The translations under genes were made by a program, and so were the position numbers. Positions 30,332 to 39,745 of a DNA stretch of 64,000 bases are shown in pieces (the first letter of the stretch is position 1; each line of letters begins with the position of its first letter). This stretch comes from an uncultured Chloroflexia bacterium. GTDB lineage: Bacteria > Chloroflexota > Anaerolineae > Anaerolineales > UBA4823. The notes below the pieces were generated by a model. It was not told the origin of the DNA. It searched no databases and saw only the letters and a list, made by a program, of their open reading frames with translations. The stretch spans positions 44,145 through 108,144 of the forward strand of contig CAVZNX010000017.1 of assembly GCA_963776795.1 (NCBI GenBank), in the 5' to 3' direction.

Positions 30332-30604
30332 ATGGTGAACATACAGCATAAGATTGCAATCCCTTTCGATCGTCCCGCATTTTACCAAATCGATGTCCAG
30401 GGCAGTATCGATCCAAAATGGATTGATCGGATGACAGGAATGAAGATCCGCAATTCTTTAGAGCAGGCGTCTCCCCCGGTAACAACATTGGAAGGCGAGG
30501 TAAGTGATCAGGCTGCCCTGCTCGGAGTGCTGAACTCGCTATACGAGCTACATCTGCCGATCATTTCAGTGGTTATCCTACCTTACCCACATGGAGAAGA
30601 GTGA
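30332..30604 (+). CDS. about 90-aa protein with a conserved ..SDQAAL.GVLN.LYELHL..SV C-terminus, copy A
   Basis: ATG 30332 inside ORF 30293..30604. Paralogue at 54966..55223 in the same position after the regulator. Confidence 0.6.
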   Translation: MVNIQHKIAIPFDRPAFYQIDVQGSIDPKWIDRMTGMKIRNSLEQASPPVTTLEGEVSDQAALLGVLNSLYELHLPIISVVILPYPHGEE

Positions 30605-30918
30605 TCCCTGGATGAATGAATCAAAAAAACTCAAAATCCTAAAAGACAAGGAGTAAGCAGCATAAAATCAAATCCCACGAATTTACATTAATTAATCTTC
30701 ACCGAAATGCCTGGCTGTTCCTGCCAGTAACTGTGTACGTTGACGAGATGGCCAATTGAAGCCACTTAGCTACCGGGTAAATGACTTATGTGTGTATGTC
30801 AGCTGATGATTACTACGCCCAGCTTCATGGTTGAATCATGGAGATTCTTCGGGAATTACCGGAATAATGGCGATATTTGACAATCTCAATCAAAAAAGTA
30901 CCGAGAGGAAAACAACTG

Positions 30919-31188
30919 ATGAAATATGTATTGAGCTTCGTTTTTGGCACAGTCTTTGGCGCACTTGCAGGTGCAACCGTAGCATTGCTTTTTGCCCCTT
31001 CATCCGGTGAAGAACTCCGATCAAACATCAAGATCAAAGCGGACGCTGAATATATCAAATTACAGGATGATTGGCAGAAAAGCCGTCAGGAGATGCAGAA
31101 CCGGATAGATAAAATGAGCAACGAGCTGCAGAAATTATCAAGCCGCTCCAAAGAGGCAATTGAACCAGTCTCGACAACTGCCGAGTAA
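30919..31188 (+). CDS. YtxH-domain protein
   Basis: ATG 30919 inside ORF 30877..31188. FGALAGATVALLFAPSSGEELR then a coiled coil. Confidence 0.75.
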   Translation: MKYVLSFVFGTVFGALAGATVALLFAPSSGEELRSNIKIKADAEYIKLQDDWQKSRQEMQNRIDKMSNELQKLSSRSKEAIEPVSTTAE

Positions 31189-31341
31189 AAAAGGATTCTG
31201 ACTATGATATATTGATGATCCTGGCAATGCCTGTGTGTATCGACGAGATGGCTGACAGTGACAGAATAAACTCACCGTCGAAATTAATGGAGATTCCTGA
31301 AATCGATATCATCAAAGAAAAACTAAATAGGAGAGAATAAT

Positions 31342-31659
31342 ATGCCTTGTCTATTTGCACTATTTGCTGGAATATTCCCACGTTTGGCGGATATTTTCAT
31401 CTGGATAGCCCGCCCGACCCAATTCATGAATGCTTTCAATGATAGATGGTTGGTGGCAGTCCTTGGGATCATCTTCCTACCGTTCACCACACTGATGTAT
31501 GCCATCATGTCGTGGGGCGGGGCAATGGTAACTGGTTGGGATTGGCTGTGGATCGCCCTGGCAGTCTTCCTTGATATTTCACACTATGCCCATACCGTTT
31601 ACAATAACCGGAATGCCCTCCCCGGTAATACACCAGCTCCCACCCAACCAGCTGCGTAA
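31342..31659 (+). CDS. 105-aa three-TM membrane protein, copy A
   Basis: MPCLFALFAGIFPRLADIFIWIARP... Near-identical paralogue at 57348..57665. Confidence 0.7.
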   Translation: MPCLFALFAGIFPRLADIFIWIARPTQFMNAFNDRWLVAVLGIIFLPFTTLMYAIMSWGGAMVTGWDWLWIALAVFLDISHYAHTVYNNRNALPGNTPAPTQPAA

Positions 31660-31843
31660 ATCTAGATAGGATTGGATTTCACCCATAAAAAGTCCAGATG
31701 GCTGTTAAAGAATAAACCGAAGTGGAGAGAGTCTCTTCGATATGAATAAGATCTGGGATGGAAGTGGAGTCCTGACCGCTTCACTTCCCCATTCACCGCA
31801 AATCAATATCGGATACAATTATTTTATGGAAGGAGATTGAACC

Positions 31844-32284
31844 ATGACGTACGGTCCAATAGATATTCTAGCCTTAGAATTTAAAACCGAGAAACTCAAA
31901 GGAGAGATCATACCGGAGCTGCTCGAGTTGGTCAAAAACAAGGTCGTGCGGATAATCGATCTCGTAATGATCCAGAAATATGAAGATGGACATTACGAGG
32001 CGGCCGAAATGCAGCAGTTGGCACATGACGTCCTTGCGCTCTTCGATCCGCTGGAGGTCGAAACGACAGGGATCATTCAAGTCGAAGATATCGCTAATGT
32101 AGCTGATACAATGGAGAACGGCACCAACGCGGCAATATTGATGTTTGAAAACCTGTGGGCAGTCAAGTTCAAAGATGCAGTGCTCAGGGCGGACGGCCGG
32201 TTGTTGGGACAGGACCGAATTCCACACGAGGTTGTGGAGGAAGCCTTGGAGACATTTGCTAAAGCTGAATCAGCCACGAAGTGA
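31844..32284 (+). CDS. DUF6325-like protein, copy A
   Basis: MTYGPIDILALEFK..K..GEI.PEL.ELV....VRIIDLV.I.K..DG... Family name from memory. SD GGAAGGAG. Confidence 0.6.
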   Translation: MTYGPIDILALEFKTEKLKGEIIPELLELVKNKVVRIIDLVMIQKYEDGHYEAAEMQQLAHDVLALFDPLEVETTGIIQVEDIANVADTMENGTNAAILMFENLWAVKFKDAVLRADGRLLGQDRIPHEVVEEALETFAKAESATK

Positions 32285-32338
32285 GCCGCTAAATCAGGCC
32301 AGATTTGAAACCTAAACCCAAAGAAACAGGAGGTTTAT

Positions 32339-32695
32339 ATGTTACGCAGAAGAGCAATGATGAGAAGACCAGTAGCTCGCTTGGGCGCCGCCGCCGTCGG
32401 TACGGCGGTCGTAGTGGGCACGGCCGGTGCCGTGCACCACCACCAGCAAAAGAAGTATGCGCAGCAAAATGCGCAAGCGCAGCAGCAGTATGACCAGGCG
32501 TATCAACAAGGTGTAGCGGATGCGGCTGCACAGCAGCAATCTACGCCACCGCCCCCGCAGTACGCAGCTCCGGTAGAGCAGGCTCCTGCGGATGATCTGA
32601 CCGCCAAACTCAAGGAGCTGGGCGATCTGCATGCCTCGGGTGTTCTGACCGATGAAGAGTTTGCTGCAGCCAAACAAAAACTGCTGGCAGGCTGA
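32339..32695 (+). CDS. SHOCT-domain protein with Arg-rich N-terminus, Gly-zipper segment and Q-rich linker, copy A
   Basis: C-terminal LKELGDLHASGVLTDEEFAAAKQKLLAG is the SHOCT motif. Confidence 0.75.
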   Translation: MLRRRAMMRRPVARLGAAAVGTAVVVGTAGAVHHHQQKKYAQQNAQAQQQYDQAYQQGVADAAAQQQSTPPPPQYAAPVEQAPADDLTAKLKELGDLHASGVLTDEEFAAAKQKLLAG

Positions 32696-32809
32696 TTGCT
32701 AACCCTGATAGGAGAAAGAGTACGGTTTCGGGTGAGCTAGCTCCACGCGGCTCACCCACCGTTTGATAATAGTTCGATGTCCTGAAACACAATGACGGAG
32801 TGTAATGTG

Positions 32810-33265
32810 ATGAATAAAAAAAATCAACTTGTCAAGTTACTTGCTACTCTCGGGATCGTTCTCTTTTTAGCTGCCTGCACGCAAGCCGCTACGCCAACCT
32901 CAGGTGATACAATCCAGGGCATTGTGTGGCAGTGGGAGAGTGTTACCAATAAAACAACGGGCGAGGTTACAACCGTTATGAACCCAGAGAATTACTCAAT
33001 CACCTTCAACACGGACGGCACACTGGTAGGCAAAGCGGATTGCAACAATTTCAACGGTACCTACTCGCAAGAGAACGGTTTTTCTATTAAAATTAATGCC
33101 TCCACAATGGCCTACTGTGGTGACACTTCTATGGATCAACAGTATCTGACACTACTGTCAAGCGTAGCTGCCGGCGGGCCTGATGGTAATGGAGGCCTGG
33201 CTTTGGAAACTGCAGGCGGTGAGCAACGCATGCTATTCAAAGATGGAGGACCTGCTAAGCAATGA
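32810..33265 (+). CDS. META-domain (HslJ-like) lipoprotein
   Basis: ATG 32810; lipobox FLAAC. WQWESV...Y.ITFNTDGTL.GKADCNNFNGTY......I....STMAYC pattern. Confidence 0.75.
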   Translation: MNKKNQLVKLLATLGIVLFLAACTQAATPTSGDTIQGIVWQWESVTNKTTGEVTTVMNPENYSITFNTDGTLVGKADCNNFNGTYSQENGFSIKINASTMAYCGDTSMDQQYLTLLSSVAAGGPDGNGGLALETAGGEQRMLFKDGGPAKQ

Positions 33266-33428
33266 CTGAGCGCGACCTTACAAACCGACACGTTTGATCA
33301 TTGTGGGTGTTGAGTAAGGAAATAGACGAGATAAAGAACGAGGCAAGTCTTTACAATTGGGCACTTAGCGTATCGCGTTGAACACGAGCAGGTGCCCCAA
33401 TTCGATAAACCAGGAGGTTTACAAGATA

Positions 33429-34568
33429 ATGAGTAACAATCCAATATCCATGCCGGTTCCAACATTTTTAGGCGGAACGAAGGCGATCACCTTCACTCCA
33501 GTCGTGGGTAAGCCACAACGGGAGTATGCTGAGGTGTTCATCCCCGGCGCCGAGGAGCTTGAAGATGGTGAGCTGCGAGTGATGGTCCTGGGGAGCGGCA
33601 ATCCCTGGAACACGCGCGCTCAAGCCTCGGCCAGCGTCATGGTCGAGGTCGGCAACCCAGAGCGCGACATCCTGGTTTTTGATCTCGGGAGTGGTTCCAC
33701 GGCAAATTACGCCAGTTTGAAACTGGCGGTCAACCAGCTTAACAAGGTGTTCTTCACCCACCTGCACGCTGACCACACCGGTGATTTGATGACACTCTCG
33801 GGCAGCTGGTCGAAGGTAGGACGGGCTGACGGACCGGTCTATGTGTGGGGACCCAGTGGGGATGAACCTCGCCTGGGCACCAAGCACTTCGTCGAAGGGA
33901 TCGAGGAAGCGCTTGCCTGGGACACTGCAGCCGGTCATGGCGCCATCAACCCAGAAAGTATGAAGATCGTGGTCTCCGAGTTCGACTTCAGCCAGACCCA
34001 GGTGGTCTATGACCAGAATGGCGTGAAGGTGACCTCGTTCCCGGTTGTGCATGCGTTGAGCGGCGCGGTTGGTTACCGCCTCGATTACGCCGGCTTGTCT
34101 TTCGGCTTCTCAGGCGACACGCGCGCCTGCTGGCCACTTGTGAACGCTTGCAAAGGCGTTGACCTGCTCATCCATGAGTGCTTCCCGCCCGCTGCAGCAC
34201 TGGCGGCCGCATCCGGTCTCTCCATCGAGCGGGCAACCATCGCGCTCAATGCTGCCCACACCTCTCCAAAAGCAGCTGGCAAGGTGTTTAACCTTGTAAA
34301 GCCGCGCGTGGCAGCCATGTACCACACGCTGCTCTCACCCCAGGTCATTAGCATGGTCTTCTCAGAGCTTGGCAGTGTGTATACTGGCCCGGTAGTCCAG
34401 ACCCAGGACCTCACGGTGTTCAATGTGACGAAGGGTGCAGTAGTCGCCCGCCAGGCTAAGCAATTTGACCAGCTACCTCCAACGCCGGGCAAGCAGCGCG
34501 TGGCATTCGCGCCTCGTAGCAGTAGCACCTCCCACTTGGTGGGCAGAGGCACTCATCCCACTCGATGA
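33429..34568 (+). CDS. MBL-fold metallo-hydrolase
   Basis: ATG 33429 with AGGAGG SD inside ORF 33378..34568. HLHADHTGD (HxHxDH) motif. The C-terminal about 20 codons are uncertain (see findings). Confidence 0.75.
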   Translation: MSNNPISMPVPTFLGGTKAITFTPVVGKPQREYAEVFIPGAEELEDGELRVMVLGSGNPWNTRAQASASVMVEVGNPERDILVFDLGSGSTANYASLKLAVNQLNKVFFTHLHADHTGDLMTLSGSWSKVGRADGPVYVWGPSGDEPRLGTKHFVEGIEEALAWDTAAGHGAINPESMKIVVSEFDFSQTQVVYDQNGVKVTSFPVVHALSGAVGYRLDYAGLSFGFSGDTRACWPLVNACKGVDLLIHECFPPAAALAAASGLSIERATIALNAAHTSPKAAGKVFNLVKPRVAAMYHTLLSPQVISMVFSELGSVYTGPVVQTQDLTVFNVTKGAVVARQAKQFDQLPPTPGKQRVAFAPRSSSTSHLVGRGTHPTR

Positions 34569-34684
34569 GGTATGACGATAATCTGACATTCGCTTTCCAT
34601 GGCTCTTTAATAATATAGCCTACTGCTTTCCAGATGCAATGTAGTTAATTGCTACAACCAATGGAAAGTTAATACGAAGAATGG

Positions 34685-34722
34685 TCCTGGCTCTACCCGG
34701 CCGAAAAAGGGTAGGGCCAGGA
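34685..34722 (+). terminator. strong hairpin, probable terminator after the MBL gene
   Basis: 14-bp stem tcctggctctaccc/gggtagggccagga (one G-U pair) with a 10-nt loop, followed by the AT-rich ATAAATTGCATTGTTTATTTATT. Confidence 0.5.
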
Positions 34723-34887
34723 ATAAATTGCATTGTTTATTTATTGAACACAGACTTTGCTTAAATAACTGTAAATTGGATGTAATACACCAGGTTTCAT
34801 AATTTAATCACCAGGAAGCGATACCGATGATCGATCCAGATTCCTGGTATGCACCTAACATATTACTAAAGGTTCAGAAGGTGAAAA

Positions 34888-36609
34888 ATGGTTACTCCTA
34901 CGTCCTCTTCCAACGGCATTAAACGCTTTATTCCGGGTCTAGCTTTGTTTCAGAAAGTGACACCCATACTACTTCGGACCGATTTTATTGTATCCATTAC
35001 AGTATTTGCGGTGCTCGTTCCCTCGTCAATGGCTTATGGAGATCTTGCTGGGGTTACACCGGTGGCAGGGTTGTATGTTGCACTTGGCGCCATGGTGATG
35101 TACGCACTATTTGGTACGTCCAAGCAGGTCATTATGGGATCTGAAGCGACGAGTGCCATCATGACCGCTGCAGCAGTTGCACCCCTGGCAGCTGGTGACC
35201 CGGCACGCTATGCCGCGCTGGCGGCAATGACCGCCATACTCGTCGGCATCATTTCGCTACTAGCGCGTGTTGCAAAGCTTGGATTCATTACCGATTTCCT
35301 ATCCAAGCCTATCCTCGTTGGTTATATATTTGGTGCCACGCTCATTGTGATCGGTAGCCAGTTGGGTAAGATGTTTGGGATTACGCTTGAGAGTGATAAA
35401 TTCTTTCAACAGGTCTTGGAGCTGATCAGCCGACTTGATGAAACACACCTGCTCACCTTCGTCATTGGTGTGATTTGTGTGGCGGCGCTGTTCATCATGC
35501 GTCGCATTAATCGCGCAATTCCTGGTCCGCTGGTTGTGGTTGTCTTTGCCATTATTGCTTCGGTTGTATTCGACCTGGAAGCCCAAGGTGTAAAGGTTGT
35601 AGGTGAGGTACCGGCTGGATTGCCCCATATAGCAATCCCGGCGGTCAGCGTGGCGGATATCTTTGCACTGCTGCCAGCGGCCCTGGCCCTGACAATCTTG
35701 ATCTATGCAGACGAAGTCCTGACCTCGCGCGTCTTTGCGGCGAAACACGGTCAAAAAGTTAACGCCAACCAAGAATTTGTCGCCATTGGCTTTGCCAATA
35801 TTGGAGCCGGGTTGTTAACCGGCTTCCCTGCTGCTCTAAGCGCATCCCGCACAGCGGTCTCAGACCAGATGGGCGGAAAAACACAGTGGGTTGGCATTTT
35901 CGCTGCAGCACTCACCATCATCTTTCTGCTCTTTTTCACACCCCTGCTGGCACCATTACCCACAGTCGCTTTAGGTGCAATCATCATCGTCGCTTCTCTC
36001 GGCTTAATCGACCTGGCTGCGTTTGGCTACTTACGGAAAGTACGCCGTTCAGAGTTCTGGCTGGCTGTGGTGACGGCTTTCGGTGTACTCACCATCGGGG
36101 TCCTGGCTGGTATTCTTTTTGCGGTGGTTCTGTCATTGATCAACGTTATTTATCATATTTCGCGACCCCACGATGCGCTGCTAGACGAAGTGGAAGCAGG
36201 CGGTGGTACGGTATATCGAGGTGTCACCGACGGAGAGACTCCGCTGACCGAGCCAGGTCTGATCGTTTACCGTTTCGATGCTCCGCTCGTATTTGCAAAT
36301 GCGGCATTCTTTACTGAACGTTTGGAAGAGCTCATTAACGACGCTGGTGATGGATTGAAATGCGTCATATTCGATGCGGAAGCGGTCACCGATTTCGATT
36401 CAACGGCTGCGGAAGCATTTGAAAATCTGGATAGAGATTTGGAACGGAGAAAGGTTGAATTATGGATCGCTCGGGCAAATACGCCTCTGCGTGAACTCTT
36501 TCAAGTGACGGGTTTAACAACCCGCATTGGTGAGGAGAATATCTACCCGTCCATCCGTGCTGCAGTGACGGCATATCATGAGCGTTTTAGTACAACAAAA
36601 TCAAATTAG
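34888..36609 (+). CDS. SulP-family anion transporter with C-terminal STAS domain (1 of 3)
   Basis: 573 aa, polytopic core plus a STAS-like tail (..VYRFDAPLVFANAAFF..). Confidence 0.85.
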   Translation: MVTPTSSSNGIKRFIPGLALFQKVTPILLRTDFIVSITVFAVLVPSSMAYGDLAGVTPVAGLYVALGAMVMYALFGTSKQVIMGSEATSAIMTAAAVAPLAAGDPARYAALAAMTAILVGIISLLARVAKLGFITDFLSKPILVGYIFGATLIVIGSQLGKMFGITLESDKFFQQVLELISRLDETHLLTFVIGVICVAALFIMRRINRAIPGPLVVVVFAIIASVVFDLEAQGVKVVGEVPAGLPHIAIPAVSVADIFALLPAALALTILIYADEVLTSRVFAAKHGQKVNANQEFVAIGFANIGAGLLTGFPAALSASRTAVSDQMGGKTQWVGIFAAALTIIFLLFFTPLLAPLPTVALGAIIIVASLGLIDLAAFGYLRKVRRSEFWLAVVTAFGVLTIGVLAGILFAVVLSLINVIYHISRPHDALLDEVEAGGGTVYRGVTDGETPLTEPGLIVYRFDAPLVFANAAFFTERLEELINDAGDGLKCVIFDAEAVTDFDSTAAEAFENLDRDLERRKVELWIARANTPLRELFQVTGLTTRIGEENIYPSIRAAVTAYHERFSTTKSN

Positions 36610-36841
36610 AGGAGAAAAATAGATATCATATTAATAAAGATGGAATCCCCATTTCCCAGAAGGACCACTCGCGCAAAATTGGACCTGCCCGGTGAGCTGA
36701 TCCGGGATAGTGAAGCGGATCTAAAGATCGCTGAGGCACTGCACTAAGTATAAACAGAGTTGCTGCTTCAAAGTGATCCGATCGTGAACCTAGCAACAAC
36801 CATCAATTTTTATGTGAAGCATCATCGGAAGGAGATGTTAA

Positions 36842-39205
36842 ATGGCACTAAAGATCTATAAAGAAGGAACCCCATTCACTGGCGTGATCGGACGGACCAC
36901 AGAGGAGTCCTCACCCGCCTGGCCGGAGGCACCCCGCCCCCCAGAGGGCGCACCCAACATCCTTTTCTGGGTGTTGGACGACGTTGGCTTTGGGCAGCTT
37001 TCCAGTTTCGGCGGGCTGGTTGAAACGCCGGTGTTGGACAGCCTGGCTGCCAACGGACTACGCTACACCAACATGCACACCACCGCCTTGTGCTCACCAT
37101 CGCGTGGCTGCATCCTGACCGGGCGCAATCACCACTCGATTGGGTTGGCATCGATCACTGAGACTTCCACTGGTTACCCTGGCTACAACGGCGTCCTGCC
37201 CTTTGACCGGGGTATGCTCAGTGAGATGCTGCTGCCAATGGGTTACAACACATTCTGTTTGGGGAAATGGCACCTGACCCCCCCTGAACACACTACAGCA
37301 GCCGGCCCCTATGACCGCTGGCCACTCGGGCGTGGTTTTGAGCGCTTCTACGGCTTCCTGGGCGGCGAAACCCACCAGTGGTACCCTGAATTAGTGTATG
37401 ACAACCATGAAGTCAAGCAGCCCAAACTCCCGGAAGAGGGCTACCACCTGAGCATCGACCTAGCCGACAAAGCCATCGAGTTCATCCAGGATGCGCAAGT
37501 CAACGCCCCGGATAAGCCGTTTTTCCTGTATTACGCAACAGGTGCCGGGCACGCACCGCACCATGTGCCTAAGGAGTGGGCCGATAAGTACAAGGGCAAA
37601 TTCGACATGGGCTGGGACAAGTACCGCGAGCTGGTCCACAAGCGCCAGCTCGAGATGGGCATCATCCCTGCAGGCACCGAGCTTTCGGCACATGACCCCG
37701 ACGTGCCAGTCTGGGATACGCTGCCGGCAGAAGTCAAGCGGCTGTATGCCCGGTTCATGGAGGTGTATGCTGGATTCATGAGCTTCACTGATTATCACTT
37801 TGGGCGCATCCTCGATTTCTTGAAAGAGATCGGCGAGCTGGATAATACCCTGATCATAGTCATCTCCGACAATGGTGCCAGCTCTGAAGGTGGTCCTGTG
37901 GGCTCGCTCAATGAGATGTTCTTTTTCAATAACGTCAAGGAACTATTGGAAGATAATCTAAAGATGATTGACGAGTTGGGCAGTGTCGAGACTCTCAACC
38001 ACTACCCCTGGGGTTGGACCAATGCCGGTAACACACCCTTCCGACGCTGGAAGCGTGAGACTTACCGGGGCGGCACTACGGACCCATGCATCGTATCATG
38101 GCCAAAGGGTATCCAGGCGCGTGGTGAGGTGCGGACGCAGTATGCGCACATCATCGATTTCGTCCCGACGGTTTTGGAAGCCCTGGGTGTCGAGGCGCCG
38201 GAGAGCATCCGCGGTGTGCATCAGGCACCGATCGATGGAGTAAGCTTCGCCCATACCTTCAACCAGGCAGAAGCACCCACAAATCACCATACCCAGTACT
38301 TCGAGATGTTCGGACATCGCTCACTCTACCACGACGGCTGGCGGGCAGTTTGCCCGTGGCCAGGCCCGAGCTTCACCGAGGCTGCCAAGAAAGGTCGCCA
38401 ATTTGGATCGCCTATTCCGAATGAGGTGCTGGTGGATATCGAAGCCAACGATTGGGAGCTGTACCACATCGATGAGGACTATTCCGAATGCCATAACCTG
38501 GCTGCTGAGCACCGTGCCAAAGTGATCGATATGGTCGGTCGCTGGTGGGCCGAGGCAGGCAAGTACCAGGTGCTGCCGATCGATGGCGACGTCCGCAGCC
38601 GCCTTGTTGTGGAGCGCCCGACGATCGCTAAACCGAGGAACAAGTATGTCCTTTATCCGGGTGGGTCGTCGATCCCATTTTCTGCTACCCCCAAGCTTTA
38701 CAACCGACCCTGGAGTATCACGGCAGACGTGGTGATCCCGAAGGGTGGGGCAGAGGGTGTGTTACTGGCCCAGGGTGGTCGTACTGGTGGTTATACCTTC
38801 TTTGTTAAAGATAACCGGCTCCATTTCTTGTACAACTTCCTCGGTCGCGACAAGTTCTGGGTGCATTCCAGCGAGACGGTTCCGGAGGGAGAGGTTGAGC
38901 TGCGCTACGAATTCGAGCCGACCGGCAAGCCCAATCCTGCTGAGGGTCTGGGAGTGCCTGCGCGCAGCCAGCTCTACATCAATCGCAAGCTGGTTGGCAG
39001 CATCGACATGCCTTACTCGATCCTATTCATATTTGGGACGCAGGGACTGTCCTGTGGCTATGATAGCGCCGATCCTGCCGCGCCAGGCGAGTACACTGAT
39101 GAGTTCCGCTTTACCGGTACGATCAAGCGCGTCACGATCGACCTTTCCGGCGAGCTGATCACGGACAGCGCAATGGATATGAAGATCGCCATGGCGCGTC
39201 AATAG
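36842..39205 (+). CDS. arylsulfatase (Cys-type, formylglycine-dependent)
   Basis: 787 aa. NILFWVLDDVGFG metal-site region and the sulfatase signature ALCSPSRGCILTGR. Confidence 0.85.
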   Translation: MALKIYKEGTPFTGVIGRTTEESSPAWPEAPRPPEGAPNILFWVLDDVGFGQLSSFGGLVETPVLDSLAANGLRYTNMHTTALCSPSRGCILTGRNHHSIGLASITETSTGYPGYNGVLPFDRGMLSEMLLPMGYNTFCLGKWHLTPPEHTTAAGPYDRWPLGRGFERFYGFLGGETHQWYPELVYDNHEVKQPKLPEEGYHLSIDLADKAIEFIQDAQVNAPDKPFFLYYATGAGHAPHHVPKEWADKYKGKFDMGWDKYRELVHKRQLEMGIIPAGTELSAHDPDVPVWDTLPAEVKRLYARFMEVYAGFMSFTDYHFGRILDFLKEIGELDNTLIIVISDNGASSEGGPVGSLNEMFFFNNVKELLEDNLKMIDELGSVETLNHYPWGWTNAGNTPFRRWKRETYRGGTTDPCIVSWPKGIQARGEVRTQYAHIIDFVPTVLEALGVEAPESIRGVHQAPIDGVSFAHTFNQAEAPTNHHTQYFEMFGHRSLYHDGWRAVCPWPGPSFTEAAKKGRQFGSPIPNEVLVDIEANDWELYHIDEDYSECHNLAAEHRAKVIDMVGRWWAEAGKYQVLPIDGDVRSRLVVERPTIAKPRNKYVLYPGGSSIPFSATPKLYNRPWSITADVVIPKGGAEGVLLAQGGRTGGYTFFVKDNRLHFLYNFLGRDKFWVHSSETVPEGEVELRYEFEPTGKPNPAEGLGVPARSQLYINRKLVGSIDMPYSILFIFGTQGLSCGYDSADPAAPGEYTDEFRFTGTIKRVTIDLSGELITDSAMDMKIAMARQ

Positions 39206-39231
39206 AATTTGAAGAGACAGTAGTCAATTAC

Positions 39232-39260
39232 CCCCGAAGGGTTCTAAGAACCCTTCGGGG
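39232..39260 (+). terminator. perfect 13-bp palindromic hairpin after the arylsulfatase gene
   Basis: ccccgaagggttc-taa-gaacccttcgggg, 27 nt after the stop. No U-tract follows, so terminator function is uncertain. Confidence 0.4.
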
Positions 39261-39281
39261 CATCACCAAAGGAGGTAGACC

Positions 39282-39707
39282 ATGTTTGATCTTCCACTGG
39301 AATATGCCTTGATAGGATTCAAGGATCCTAAGTTCTCAGGCAAGATCGTTCCCGAGCTGCTTGATCTGGCGCAGCGTGGCATCGTACGTATTGTGGACAT
39401 TGTTTTCATTCAAAAGGAGCAAGACGGTAATGTACGCACGCTCGAACTCAACGATCTCGATCCTGTAATGTATGAAATGTTCGTCCCATTGGGCGAGCAC
39501 GTTTCAAGCCTTTTCACGACCGATGACCTGCTGATCGCAGCGAACAAGCTCCCCAACAATTCAGCGGCGACGCTTTTCTTGTGGGAAAACCTGTGGGTAG
39601 CCAATCTCCGCCAGGCCATCCAGGATGCTGGTGGTGAATTGGTTGAGCGAGCGCAGATTGCTCCTGAAGTAGTGGAGCAATTCAAGAAAGAACTGGGCGC
39701 GGAATAG
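39282..39707 (+). CDS. DUF6325-like protein, third copy
   Basis: MFDLPLEYALIGFKDPKFSGKIVPELLDLAQRGIVRIVDIVFIQKEQDGN.. aligns with 31844 and 57846 products. SD AAAGGAGG. Confidence 0.6.
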   Translation: MFDLPLEYALIGFKDPKFSGKIVPELLDLAQRGIVRIVDIVFIQKEQDGNVRTLELNDLDPVMYEMFVPLGEHVSSLFTTDDLLIAANKLPNNSAATLFLWENLWVANLRQAIQDAGGELVERAQIAPEVVEQFKKELGAE

Positions 39708-39745
39708 CGCCATCAATATTTACCCTGTGAGAGGAGGTAGTTATT

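Noticed and set aside
33468-34552. Long antisense ORFs inside the MBL gene; similar ones occur at 45892..46533, 49806..50426, 58941..59561, 5076..5636 and 61270..61779
   Set aside because: All lie opposite genes with clear family signatures and have Arg/Ser/Pro-rich shadow-ORF composition.
36641-36745. 34-codon ORF (MESPFPRRTTRAKLDLPGELIRDSEADLKIAEALH) between the SulP and arylsulfatase genes
   Set aside because: No SD, no recognisable motif, and short enough to occur by chance.
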